DNA of 64,000 bases from Camelus ferus (taxonomy: Eukaryota), in the NCBI RefSeq assembly GCF_009834535.1, contig NC_045697.1:2482001-2546000 (forward strand), read 5' to 3'. Below are positions 24,142-40,399 of the stretch, piece by piece. The notes beneath the pieces were generated by a model. That model ran no database searches. It was not told the origin of the DNA and worked only from the letters and a program-made list of their open reading frames with translations. Each line of letters opens with the position of its first letter. Positions within the stretch are counted from its first letter, which is position 1. A program made the translations under genes and the position numbers.

Positions 24142-25499
24142 AGATGGGCACACAACCAACCATAAATGAGAATCAGTATAAGGTTATGTGTGTAAATACG
24201 CCTGTGTGTTTCACCCCCTTTACACATCTGTGACACACGCCCTGTACCCTCGTTTCTATGTTTTCCCCAACCAACCCTCCAGACTTGGGAGGGTCCCCTA
24301 TCAAGGCCACCCACTGTTTCCCCAGCTGCATCACGTGATGGTGGGAAGATGGGTCAGTGTTTACAGACGCCCCGCCCCGGCTGGCAGGGAGGGCGGTTCA
24401 GTTTTCCGTGTCACAAGTGCTGCTGCAGCGAATCTGCTCAGTGACATCCCGCCCCCCCCCCCCCCCCCCGCAAGGACTTGTTCGGGCGGGCAAGCCTGCC
24501 CACCCGGGGCTCTGGGAAGTGCCGACTAAACCTGCTGGGCTCCAACACTCAGCAGCTTCTGAGGGGGGAGGGCGAGGACGGGCCTCCTCCCAGGCCCCAG
24601 GCGCCTGCCCACAGAGGGATAACTGAGCAGTGTAACTAGCATTCCTGGGCCAAACATTCCTGCCGGCACCCGCGCTGGGGGCCCCACACAAACACGCCCT
24701 GCTAGGCCACAGGCATCCATTCCAAAACTTAGAGGGGTGAGCCAGGCCAGACTGGCTGGGTTCAGGCTATGGCCAGAGGTTTCCAGAAACTTCCATCCAG
24801 CTCCTGGGAAGAGGTGCCCTGCACCTGCACGGTAGTTCCCCTCTCCTTGTTGTTCCAGCTGCATTTCTCCAACCCCAAGTCACTTCCAATCAAGGTCACG
24901 GGCAGTCTGACTGGTCTGAGGGTCTCCGGTGGTTTGAATAACTCCAGGCACAAACCTGTGCTCCATCGTGGAAACCAAAACCCACCCCCACCTTGAGGTG
25001 CTCTTCATGCCGCAACCAGCCGCGCCTGCCCCCTGAGGTTGGTGACCACAGCTTTGCAGACCTTTACGGAGACAGGACATCAGTGGCAGACAACGAGGGT
25101 TGGCGGTGAATGCAGAGCCGCTGACGGACGTCACACGAGGAAATCAGGAGTGTGACTGTAGCATCACGCTTGAAAACATAATCAGGACAGAGTCCATTCA
25201 TGGACCACTTTCCACCAGCACAGCCTGCAGCACAGGGAGCCCTAGGACGCCCACCTCCAGAGGAGGAGGTGGTGCCTGGGGACAGCAAACAGCTTATCAG
25301 AGGCAGAGCTGGGACCCAAACGCGCGCATCCCTGTGGTGGAGAGGCGGATGGAGAGACGCGCAGATGTCATAAAGCAAGGAAAGCCAGGTGCTAATGGAA
25401 GAATCTAGAGGGTACCTAATGGGTGTCCTATGGCCAGTTCTTTCAAAATAAAATGTTGGAGTGGGGAATGTACCTGCAGAGGAAGGAAGGGTCCCTCCA

Positions 25500-26270
25500 T
25501 CAATGAGAACACCCTCAGCCCCCCCACCCCGCGCCCGCAAGGTTGATGGTTTGCCGAGCGCGGGGACACCGGGATCTGGTGGATGCCCACCCCAAGCGGG
25601 GACAAGACATGACGCAGCGCCCAAGCCTGGGCTGGGGGTGAGCAGAAGGTGAGAGTTCGGCTCGGCCCAGGGCAGGTGCTCCTGGCAAGGCCCTGAGGGT
25701 TGGAGGGGGAGCAGCCTCCTTGGCACAGGCGTTGGCACGTCTTGTCCACCCCAGCATCCGGCGGCTCCGGACTGGGACCCTTCTCGGGCGCCCCGGCGGG
25801 GAAGGGGGCTTCTCGGCTGGCCCGGGCGGCGCTTCGGGAGCGCGGCTCTGGCGACTCGCACACGCTGCCCCGGGACGGTCCTTGGGAACCTCGCCCAGAA
25901 CCCGGGGCTTCCGGGCCCGGCCGGCGTCCCGCGGCAGCGCGCCGGGAATGCTGCGGACGTCATCCAGCCCCGCCCCCGCCCCGCCTCCGCTGACCTCTCC
26001 CCGCCCCTCGCCTCCCTCCCCGCACCCCTCCCCGCCCTCCCCATGCATCCCTTCCTCCCTCGTTTGGTTCTCCGCCCCATCCGTCTCCATCCCCATACAC
26101 ACCTTCCCTTCCTTGCCCTCTCCCCTCCCCTCCCCCTGCTCCGCGCCTCCTACCTCCTCCTCCCCTCCTCCTTCCCCCTCCTCCGCCACCCCCCCGCCTC
26201 CGCCCTCTCCGCCCCCTCGGCCCATCTCCCAGGGAATGGAACTCTGGGAAGCATCCGCGGAACACGTTGT
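25500..26270. promoter_or_regulatory. CpG-rich island with C-rich polypyrimidine tail
   Basis: CpG-dense at 25750-26000, followed by an almost pure C/T tract. Confidence 0.6.
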
Positions 26271-29200
26271 AAAGATTTTCCTCCCTTTTCCAGTGTTTAA
26301 AGGGGGACTTTCGCAAGGAAGGAAGTGGCCAAAACCTCAAAAGGCAGCCAAAATAATTGTCAAACATTTGCTCTTCTACGATGCAAATATTTTAAACACT
26401 CGCCAAAGACTTGCCTGCATTGTCCCTGCACTCCACCCCACACCAGCCCATGTGCTGGGCGGTGTTATTCCCACTTTACCACTGAAGACACTGAGGTCCC
26501 CAGAGGGTAGTGACTTGCTTATGGCCACAGTGGACTCAGCATTTGGCGGAGAATAGTTGCCCAGTCCCTGGCTGCACATCTGGACAGCTGCAAGGACCCT
26601 TACCGTGGCTGTGAGGTCAGGAGCAGACCATCCGACAAGCTAATAAAAACGTCCTGAGGCTCTCCCTCTCCCCGCCCCCAACCCCGGCCGGTGCACCACC
26701 AGGTGGCTACTGGGACGTGGCCCCCTTGCGTGGCCACCGCCCTCCTGGGGCTTCGCTGCTGATCACTAGGATGGTCGTCAGACTCACCCACATGTGCAGT
26801 GCTTTCCACTTACTCCTCCCAAGGAGGCTCCGGTCCTGACACTTCCCCAGTTCAGCCACCTTCAGTGGCTCCCCACTGCTTCGCAAACTGAGAACCCTAC
26901 TCTTTAGGTGGCAGGCTGCAGGTCTTCAGAGTCCAAGCGCATCTTGGTCCTCTGGCTCCCAGCCCTGCCACACTCGAACCTACCGCTGCCCCTGGTCGCA
27001 CAGCACAGCAACCTCGCCCACCAGCAACCAGAGAATCATTGCAGAAAACAACCCGACTCCCTCCCACCCTCATCCCAGCGCCACGCCGCCGACAGGGTCG
27101 GATAAAGCCAGGTGCTGGCACAGATCAGGGGACACAGAGGTGATCGCGTTGCTCTGGAGAGTCTCTCTGAAGAGCCTGCCATGTGGACTCTGTAGAGACC
27201 CCGTACCCCAGGAGTACCATTCTGAGGGACACGCACCCCCAGACAACCTCCCACCCCACAAAGAAAAATAGGTCTGTCCATCCCGCCGCGATCTGCAGTC
27301 GTGGACACTTGGCAGCAACCTGAAAGTCCCCTAGTGGGGTCAACCATCCTTTCCTGGAAGACCACACAGGGATTCTCATCCTCCAGTCTGACCATCCCCT
27401 GACTGAGAGGTGGGGCCCAAGGCCCCTCCCCCTTGCACCCCAATGGGAGCTCAGCAGAGTACAGCAGAATTCCCAGGCGACGTTCCACACCTCTCTCCTA
27501 CATACACCCCTCCACACTCACTCATTCTGGGAACCCATGTTGTAAGGAAGCCCGGGTCACACGGAGGGGCCCAGGCAGTGGTCCCTCGGCTAACATCAGC
27601 ATCAGGCCCCAGATAAAGGAGCCAAGGTGCCCTCAGCTAAGTCCTTCCCACCCCCAGCCCCCAGCTGAGGCTCAGCACCACGCAGTGGAGACAAACTACC
27701 CCCCACCCCCACACCCATGAGCACACTGAGAAATGGTGGTTTTACACCCTAAGTTTTGGGGACAAGGGTGACTGGACCAGAGGAACTGGAACAAAGGCAT
27801 GGCTGACTGCTGGGTAAGCCCAGCATGGTTAGATCATCACAACACTTATCAGCATCAGATTCATACTTTAAAGTGAAAAAAGCGAGCTGGTGGAGGCATA
27901 CAGTTTACACCGCTTTTCTAAGTTCAGACACGAGAGCAGGTGTGTTACGTGGGGTGGCGCGGGAGTGAGATGAGGACAAATGGAATTGGGGTGAAGGATG
28001 AAGGGAAGAAAAAATAAGGTAAAATTTAAATTTTAAAGTGGGCATTCTCTAAGATTATTCCAAAAAGAAAAGTTTATTTAAAAAAAAAACTGGCAGTGGC
28101 TGACTTCTGATCTAGGCTCTGGGAATCTTTCCCACTAACTCACCCCCTACACTCTTCCTGGGGCACCTTTGACAACCAGTGCTGAGCTATGCACTGGGGA
28201 CACAGGCGACAAAGTTCTCGCTGTCCCGTCGAGAAGAGCACCGAGTGCCCTTTGGCCCTTTGGCCCTTTGCTGGGGACCCTCTGGCCATCCTGCTGCGCA
28301 GCGACAAGTGGAACATAAGGAAAGACAAGAGCAGACAGAGAAGGAAGGGTGGCTGTGACTTGGGGGAAGGGGGCGCAGATGCCTCAGAGACACAGACACA
28401 GAGAGCTGGCAACATGCTGACTTGGAGGCCCCACTTTTCTGCCTGGGGAGTCCTTCTGCCCAGTGCCCAGAGGTGACCGAAACTTGAGCTCTGGCTCTTG
28501 AGCACCAGAAACCCACCCAGGGCCGTGAGGCTTCAGGGTCAGTCTCCAGAGAGCATCCCAAGGGCTGACCACCGCAGACTGTCCTGGAGTTGCAACCAGC
28601 TGGATGCTGGGAGATGGAGCTGCGGGCAGGGTCAGAACGCGCCAAGCCTCTGCCAAGGATCCCGCCTCCCGTCACCTCTGCACGGAGCAGAGAGGCAGCG
28701 GCCTGGGTAAGGGCCAGTGCAACTAATTCATGCCTCCCTAACCGGCCCTGCACCTCAGCAGGGACCCTTGGTCCGCTCACCAACGCCCTGTGCTGTGTAC
28801 CCGCCCTCCACCGCCAGAGTGGCTGAGAGTGGTTCCGGGATCAGCAGTGTGGGGACCCTGCGCATCCCAGTGCCTGGCAGAGGAAATGCGCCCTCCAACC
28901 CCCAAAAAGCCATTTCGGGCGAGGGAGGCCTACTCTCCTCCGATCAGGTCTGGTCTGTCCCCTCACCTCTCCAGGGGCAGTGGGGAGACACCGGCCAGCA
29001 ACCAATGGCCAGGTGCCTGGGGGCCTGGCCCAGCAGGGGCTTCCACTCCCAACAGCCAGCATAGGCAGGAGTTTACTAACAGCGGCTTACAGGAGAGGAA
29101 ACTGAAGATCAGAGAGATGAGGCACCCCCTCCCCCAGGACCACACAGCCCTCGAGTAGAGAGAACTCAAACCCAGACTCCGAGGAAACCCCTACCCTGAA

Positions 29201-30714
29201 GGTGCTCGGAAAGCTGTTTCCAGAAACGGGCTTCGGAGGCACTCACAGGCCGGACCAGGGCACCTGCGTAAAGTAGGTGGTCATCTGGAAGGTACTCTTT
29301 CCCACCGTATTGTCTTTTAATCCGAGTCCCTCTCTGGCCCGTTTCTGCATCTGTCGGAAGCACCCTTGAATTAGACCCCGTGATGAGCCAAAAGGTAGCA
29401 GCTTCTCTTCCAAACAGCCCGGGGCAGTCATTTCTTGCCTTGACTCACTCCCCTCTGTCCGGGGTACCTCTGCCTTTGGAGTCTCCCTGACCCCAACCCA
29501 CCCACTTTGGCTCAGCTCCCTCATCTACACAGTGGGGGAAAGGCCCCATCCTCTGTCTCCAGGCTGGAGTTAAACACCCCGGTGATCATCTGTGCCCTCC
29601 TGGGGCAGGACGTGAGGGCCAGAGGAGCACCGGAGGGGCTGAGCATCCAGTCCGTGAGTCTGCAGAAGAGTGTGCCTCCTGCCCGAGGACTCCAGGCCAC
29701 TGGGCACCAGAGACCCTTCCCAGCAGGGACCCTTCTCATGGGCAGGAAGGCTCAGGCTGGGAAAGGGGTGGCTGGAGGACGACTGGTTCCCGGCAGGCAC
29801 GCCAGAAGATGCACCCGCAGCGCTCACTATTTTGTCTCCACGGTTGCAGGCCAGCGAGGTCCCTCCAGCTGGACCTCAGCTCCACCTGGCCTCTCAGATC
29901 TGCTGCTCCTTGCTCCTATCCGACTCTAGGGTGTTGGTGCCAGAAGGGCCTTGGGCCCAGAGTGCGGGAATTCCAGGCCTGGGGAAGCCACTTACCATCT
30001 GGGGGAGTCTCTCCTCTCCTCGCCTCTGTTTTCCCCTCCATAATGTGGGGTTGATGTTCTCTCCGCGGTCGTTGTTCTGAATATTAAAGCGAGGACAGCC
30101 GGCGGTGCTCGGTTGGCCAGGACCCCTGGCTGGCACGGGAGGCCGAATGTGTCTCTCCGAGATAACCCGCGTCCGGTGAAGCCAGCTCCGCCCGCGCGTC
30201 GGCGCTGCGACCCGGTGACTCGGCCGTCACCCGCTCCCGGAGGAGGCCGGTCAGGTTACTCCTGAGCGACCACAGCTCCGAGGGCGACGGCGTGGGCCGG
30301 GATGCACTTTTGTCACTACACTCCCTGCTGCCTAAGTGGGAGGGGACTCGCTACCGGTTTACAGTACCCCCAAGACCTCCGCGGCCAGGGGCAATGGCTC
30401 TCGCTCATCTACTAAGGCCCAGGTCTCCCGGGGAGCGGGATTGTGGGGACCCTCTCTCACTCAGCGTGACATGGGCCTGTTGCCGGCAGGGCCATGGGAA
30501 TGGGGGTGGGGGCCAGCATTTTCTTACATTCTGAGACAACCTGAGAACTAGAGAATTCTATCGCACTACATTTGGCATTAAAAGAATAATTCATTAAGTG
30601 TAAATATTAAAATATGCCACAATTTTTGCAGCCTTGACACTCCGGGGTCTTTAAAAAATGACTAGTTCAGCCTCTTTCGGTTTCTTGGAAGCCCCGGAGT
30701 CTTCATGACCCGAT

Positions 30715-30791
30715 TTACACACGCACATACACACATACAAGCACACACACGTGCACACAAGCACATACCACACTCGCGCGCACACACACAC
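30715..30791. repeat. Degenerate (CA)n in the HMX1 upstream region
   Basis: acacacgcacatacacacatacaagcacacacac...cgcgcgcacacacacac. Confidence 0.8.
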
Positions 30792-31461
30792 TGTTCCTCA
30801 CGCTGGGTCCAACACTCTCCCTGCGGCGAGGCAATTACGAACCTTGCCGGACGGTGATTGGCCAGTCCGTTTCTCATCGGGGCCCCGCAGCCAATGGGCG
30901 GCCCCCTGGCCGAGGCCCCACCCCCATCCCTGGCGCTGGTGGCTCAGGCCCCGGGAATGGATCACGCGGGGCTGGACTGGCCGCGACCCCCAGCCTGGGC
31001 CCCCGGCCGCCCGCCCTCGGCCGCGCGACCGCCTGCGCGCCCGGGTCCGGGCGGCGTCTCCCGGCAGTGGCCACGCTCGGGGCCAGCGCCGCGTTCTCGG
31101 GCTGAGCGGGACTCCCGCCCGGCCCGCGCCGCCCCGCCCCTGCTGGCCCCTCCCCTGCCTTCCCCGCCCCCAGCGGGGCCGACCCGGGCGGCGACCAGAG
31201 CTGCGACGTGAAAGGCGAGCGAGGCGGCCGCCCTGTCGGCTGTCGGCGCGCACCCGCTCCCGGCCCAGCCCAGCCCGGCGCCGAGGCCGCTGCCTGCCCC
31301 GCGGGGCCCGACGCCAGCGCTCCGGGCAGCGGTTCCAGGGCCGGCCCGCGCGTGCGCCAGGGAGCCGCGCGCCACTGTCCCCAGCGGGGACCGGCACCCG
31401 CCGCGCCGGGGGCGCCCGGAGCCCCGAGGAGCCCGGCAGAGCCCGACGGTCCGCGGCCGCG

Positions 31462-31856
31462 ATGCCGGACGAGCTGACGGAGCCCGGGCGCGCCACGCCG
31501 GCCCGGGCTTCCTCCTTCCTCATCGAGAACCTGCTGGCGGCCGAGGCCAAGGGCTCCGGGCGCGCGGCCCAGGGCGGCGGCGGCCGCGAGGACGAGGAGG
31601 ACGACGACGACGATCCGGAGGACGAGGACGCGGAGCAGGCGCGGCGGCGGGGGCTGCAGCGGCGGAGACAGCTGCGCGCGGGCGGCGGGCCCGGCGGGGA
31701 GGCGCGGGCCCGGGCGCTGCTTGGGCCGGGCGCGCTGGGCCTTGGTCCCCGGCCGCCCCCCGGTCCCGGGCCGCCCTACTGCTCTGGGCTGCGGCGGCGG
31801 GACGCGCTGGTACTCGCGGTCGCACGGAGGCTACGGAGGCGGCCTCAGTCCTGACA
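31462..31856 (+). CDS. HMX1: HMX1 coding exon 1 (apparent +1 frameshift at ~31777-31780)
   Basis: Translates MPDELTEPGRATPARASSFLIENLLAAEAKG..., the HMX1 N-terminus, with eh1 motif FLIENLL (31516-31536) and acidic EDEEDDDDDPEDED. After skipping one base it continues ALGCGGGTRWYSRSHGGYGGGLSPD and ends at a canonical donor A|GTGAGT (31857). Confidence 0.96.
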
Positions 31857-35800
<3,944 letters not shown>

Positions 35801-35966
35801 GAGAGCCCCCGTGGAGGGGAAGGGTGTCGATCCTGCCAGGGGCTTCTGTCCCAGCATCTGTTCTGAAGACAGGACTGACTGGGGCTTCTCTCCTGGGCTG
35901 TGGCCTCTGGTTATCCCGGTGAAGACTTTTTTTTTTTTTTTAATGAATCTACTTATTTGCGTATGG

Positions 35967-35972
35967 AATAAA
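35967..35972 (+). terminator. HMX1 polyadenylation signal AATAAA (3' UTR ~35269-35990)
   Basis: AATAAA about 700 bp after the stop codon, preceded by a T-run and followed by T/GT-rich sequence (gtttctgctgctttgtg). Confidence 0.7.
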
Positions 35973-37879
35973 AAGGGACGCTTTCTGGACAGTTTCTGCT
36001 GCTTTGTGATCCCTGGGGCGGGCTCTCCTCTGAGAACAGGCTGTGGTGGGTGCTGCTCCCCCTTGTGGAGCCCTGTCCACTGCTGGCCAGGGGCAGATGG
36101 GTGGGTGGGCAGGACAGGCGAGAAGTAGGGGGTCTGCAGGCTGGACTCTCACGCCCCCACTTTCCCCAGACAGGGAGGCCCAGCAGGAACTCAGGGGAAA
36201 TCAAGGTAGGGGAGGAGAGGGGCCTAGGGCAGAAGAGGGGACTGTGCGAGCCCTGTTCCTTAGTTGTGGGGCCTTCACCAATACCAGAAGCCACAAGTAG
36301 GGTGAAGGCGGAACCCATCGGCCACTCTGGCCACTTGGCACAAGGGGCTGCCAGCTACATGGCTCTCTCCGTCCACTGCCCCTTCCTGCACTGGGGTGGA
36401 GTGCCATCTCTAACATGTGGATTTTTTTTTTTTTTTGGCCTAAACAACACACGGGCGCCAGACAGCCCAGCAAAGTCAGGTGGAGAACACTTCTCTCTGG
36501 CCCTGGCCTCACTTCCTGAACCATCTGCAGTCCGTTTCGAGCTGCGAAACTCTGATCCTGACCCATGAGCAAAGTTCCAGGTCAGGGCTGAGTTTATGGG
36601 GCCCCAGCGAAAGCTTGTTTCAGTGGCTGGATCCCTGCTGCCCGCTCGTCGCGGGTGAGGACAGGGGCCTCCTGCACGGGAGAAGGGTGCTTTATTGACT
36701 GCTTCTCAAGCCTGGGGACAGAGGTCACTTGGGGCTTGAAAAGGTCACTTCTGTGACAGAACTGAGCCCCCTCAAAAACCCATCTTCATCCCGTGGCTTT
36801 GGGTCTCCTGGTGGAACAGACACTTCCACGCGGAGATGGGTAGCAACCAGCCACCCTCCCAACACCTTGGCATTCTCAGCGTGGCTCCAGACAGCCCAGA
36901 AGAAGGTGCCATGGGTGTCTCCCCACACCCCACGGACAGTCCATCTGTGGGACTCTGCTATCCAGCTCCCTGACCCAGAATCATCCCCTGCCCCAGCCCT
37001 TCCAGTCGGCTGCAGGTTCCCTGAGGCCAGACCCTGGAAAGCTGCAGCAGGACCTGGTGAAGGGGAGAGGGCAGGCTATGGCCTAAGTGGTCCTTGCTCC
37101 TCTGGGCCCTGAGGTCCCCACCGTCAGGCTCCCAGTGCCCATGGCATGATGGGGGAGGGCACCCTGAGAGACTGGGGGGGCCTCCTCCCACGCAACCCCT
37201 ACCCCATGTGCCTCCCTCCAGCACTTCTGGGGCTGGGCCTCCTCTTCCTGGGGGAGCGGGGAGCTGCCCCTCGCTGCTGCCTTTCCCGCTAGGTTCATTT
37301 GACTTTGTTACGAGGGGCTTACGATCTGATTCTCTACAGTGAGCCTGCTATTCACTGCTTCCAAAGGCCTTCACTCCTGACCAGCGGCCACAGAGGGGAA
37401 GTGGGGCGCCAAGAAGGCCACTCGAGGGGCAGCGCAGACCCACCTCTCCTTCCTCCCACTCTCTTCCCTACTGTGACCACTCTAGGCCTCAGAGCCCTTG
37501 GCTCAGGCTCTACCTGGGACCTTGGCCTTCTGTCACCTTGGTGGTGGCCTCATGCAGTCAGCAGACACATCACCGCCAGTCCTCGAAAGGATGCACCCAG
37601 TGCGCCTTGGCAGAGCTGACTGCAGCGCAGAGGCCTCCGGCCCAGCGCAGATCACTCTGCAGCTGCCACCTTCCCTCTGCACACCAGGCGGGCAGCCAGG
37701 CGGTGGGGCGGCCTGTGCTCGGCGCGGCACCCTCTCTGCATTACACAGAAGCGGTGGGATTGGGCAACAGCCGTGGTCACAGGCTCTTGGACCACGAATG
37801 GGATCTTTAAAACCCAGGTTAAAGGGGTTATCACCTTGATGCAACCGTTTTATTCGACTTTTTGTGGCTGATGCGGGGC

Positions 37880-38560
37880 AGTCCCGAAGTGGTGGCAACC
37901 AGACCCAGTGCGCCGCAAAGCGCGGTGCGCTGCCCATGTCTCCAGGCGGCTCACACTCAGCGGCGGGTCGGTCTGCACAAACCAGAGCTCCGCGCCCGCC
38001 CGGGGAGCCACGTCGCGCCGGAGCCACCGGCGCGCGCGGAGGGTGAAGAGCTGGGGGCACCGCTTCGCGCCTCGGCTCCGCCCACCAGGAAGCAGCAAAC
38101 CCCGCCACCCGGCCCGGGCCTGCTACCCGGAATCAGAGGGAAGAAGGGTCTAGCCGGCTGCAAACCCGGAGCAGATTTGAAGAGAAGGGCTGCATCTTTC
38201 GATGGAAGCAGTGAAAGGTTGGGCTGGAGAGCGTCTTCCTCGCCCGCCGGCTCCGAACTCCCCCGGATCGGAAGGAAGGAGCCGGGAGGCGGAAAAGGGG
38301 TCTGTTGCCCTGCACTGGGAAGGGTCGGGACCTAGAACCCTAACGCCAAAGTAGAGAAAGTGAATCCAAACCTGGATTAGGCCAGCTGCGCTCAGGGAAG
38401 CTGACTTTACCCCATCATTATCCAGCACCCAGGAGGGTCGCGTCAAGGGCGACACAAACCAGAGCGAATCAGAGCGGAACACGCAGCCCTAGAGGGCGCG
38501 CGGGACCAGGCTGGGGCTGAGCCTCGCTCCAGACTCAGCGCCGTCATCGCGGAAGAACCT
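37880..38560. promoter_or_regulatory. CpG island just downstream of HMX1
   Basis: CpG-dense, non-repeat sequence. Confidence 0.65.
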
Positions 38561-40099
38561 CACTTCGCCTAAGTTGGCTTGGCTCCCGGCAGAAGATGAA
38601 TGGCTTTGCTCTGCCTCTCATACGGGTACCTCGCCCTCCCAAACCCGCCAACCCTAACTTCTCCTTAAGCGAGACCCAATTCTAGCCACCAAGGGCTGCC
38701 TAGGGCTTCAGGCTGCACAGTCCCTGAGCCTAGTTGGGTCCACCAGGCTTTGGACATCGCGCCCGACCTGCAAGGAGTCCCAGCTGAGTTCATGCAGAAT
38801 CAGACCTGCTGAAAGAGACAGGCCAGCACCCCCCACCCCAGGTGGTGCTTAGCGCTCCCCGCCTCACCTGGCGGCTCCCGGCCCTGGCTGGGAGGGCAGG
38901 CAGCGCCCCTCACTCCTGCCTTCCGCATCCGAAGCCCTCGTGCAGGACTGACCGGCACGCGGGATTGCCCTTCTCCTAGCTGGCAGTTCCCCACCCCTGT
39001 CTACTCCGCACTTGGGGAGCCCCCATCTTTGTACTGTCCATCCAGGGCCTCCCCTCCGGCTCACCCCTCCTCATCAGGTTCAGGTTGGGGGCTGTCAGTG
39101 GCCCCCAGTCTCCTTCCCCCAAGCTTGGTCTGACTTCATGGGGAGAAGGTTTCCCAGAGCCTTGGTTCTGAGCCTACCTAGAAGGCGACCCACCTGGGTT
39201 GAGAAGGAAGGTGCTGTCAAGTGGGTACCAAGAAGGAGACAGGAGGGGCTAGGCTGGCTTTTCTCTCCGTCTCCTGTCTGTGGGTGTCTCTCAAGCATCC
39301 TTCAAGGCTTTCTGGTCTCATCTGGCAATTCTCAAAAAGGGAAACTGGGGCTCTGAGGGGCAGAGACTCTGGGGCAGAGACTCCATGAAGTCACTTGGCC
39401 ATCAAGGCCCCGACAACTCCCCTTCCTCCACCTGGCGCTGTGGAGGTCATGTGCCCCATTCTGGGGTTGCTCCTCCCTGATGGCCTGCACACTCTAGCAG
39501 GAGTTGCGTCCCCTTCCCACCAGCCAGATCGTAGGGATCGTTTCCTTTGGTCGCCCTGTCCCTCAGCAAACTGCTTGCCTATAGAAGGGTCCCCAGCCTC
39601 CTGCATCTATTAACCCGGAACACAGCCTGAACCCGATGATCCTAGCTGGGTCCCCAAAGTGGCTCAGCCCATAACTGGGTACAAAGCCTGGCTGCCCTCC
39701 CTGGAAAAGGTAGGGTGGACCCGAACTCACAAATAGACTGGAAAGGGGCCACTCTGTTCTGACAGCACCGAGCTCTGAATCCAGAACTCGGATGGACACT
39801 TGGGACAAAGGTGCAAAAAGAAAAGTCGAGAAGCCCGAGGCAGTCCCCAGCTTCACTGCCTGGGAGACCAAAGGGAAGAGCTGGCCGCCCAGCTCCCGCC
39901 GGCTCCCACGGCCGCTGGCCTCAGCGTTTGTTTGTTTGTTTGTTTTGTAATAAAAGCAATAGTGCTTATTAGCGATTATCTGGAAATTGCAGTGAAGTCA
40001 AAACAGAAAGTTTGTCTGCATCTCCACCATCAAAAGTCAACTGTTTCTGAGTGTCAGACTAGGCTGTGGATTTATTGTGAGGCGGTTTATAAGCTGTTT

Positions 40100-40360
40100 T
40101 GTTAATTTTTTAAAGTTCTTATCAGTTAAAGATGCACTTAAGTATTTACTCATAAAATGATGTGATGTCTGGGTTTGAAAATATCACAACAAAAATAAAC
40201 AAATTAAATAGTAAAACTGAAAGGGAGCAGCATGTAGGAAACTGGACCAGCCGGGAGGTGACCGCTGTTGAGTGGGCGGTGGGCACACAAGGGGTCATTT
40301 CAAGGCTTCCTCTGCTTTGTTTTAGATTTGAAACCTTTCACAATAAAAATACTTTAAAAA
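40100..40360 (+). mobile_element. Ancient L1ME-like 3' end
   Basis: aagtatttac...aaaatgatgtgatgtctggg...tttgaaacctttcacaataaaaa. Confidence 0.6.
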
Positions 40361-40399
40361 GTGACTATCCAGGAACGCCCAGGGTGTGTATTTCCAGCT

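Noticed and set aside
27672..27690. REST/RE1-like TCAGCACCAC
   Set aside because: Only the left half-site matches; the GGACAG half is missing.
30751..31461. Long N-terminal extension of the HMX1 ORF (367-aa ORF 30751..31854)
   Set aside because: It starts at GTG in a CA repeat and runs through stop-poor CpG-island promoter sequence; HMX1 homology begins at ATG 31462.
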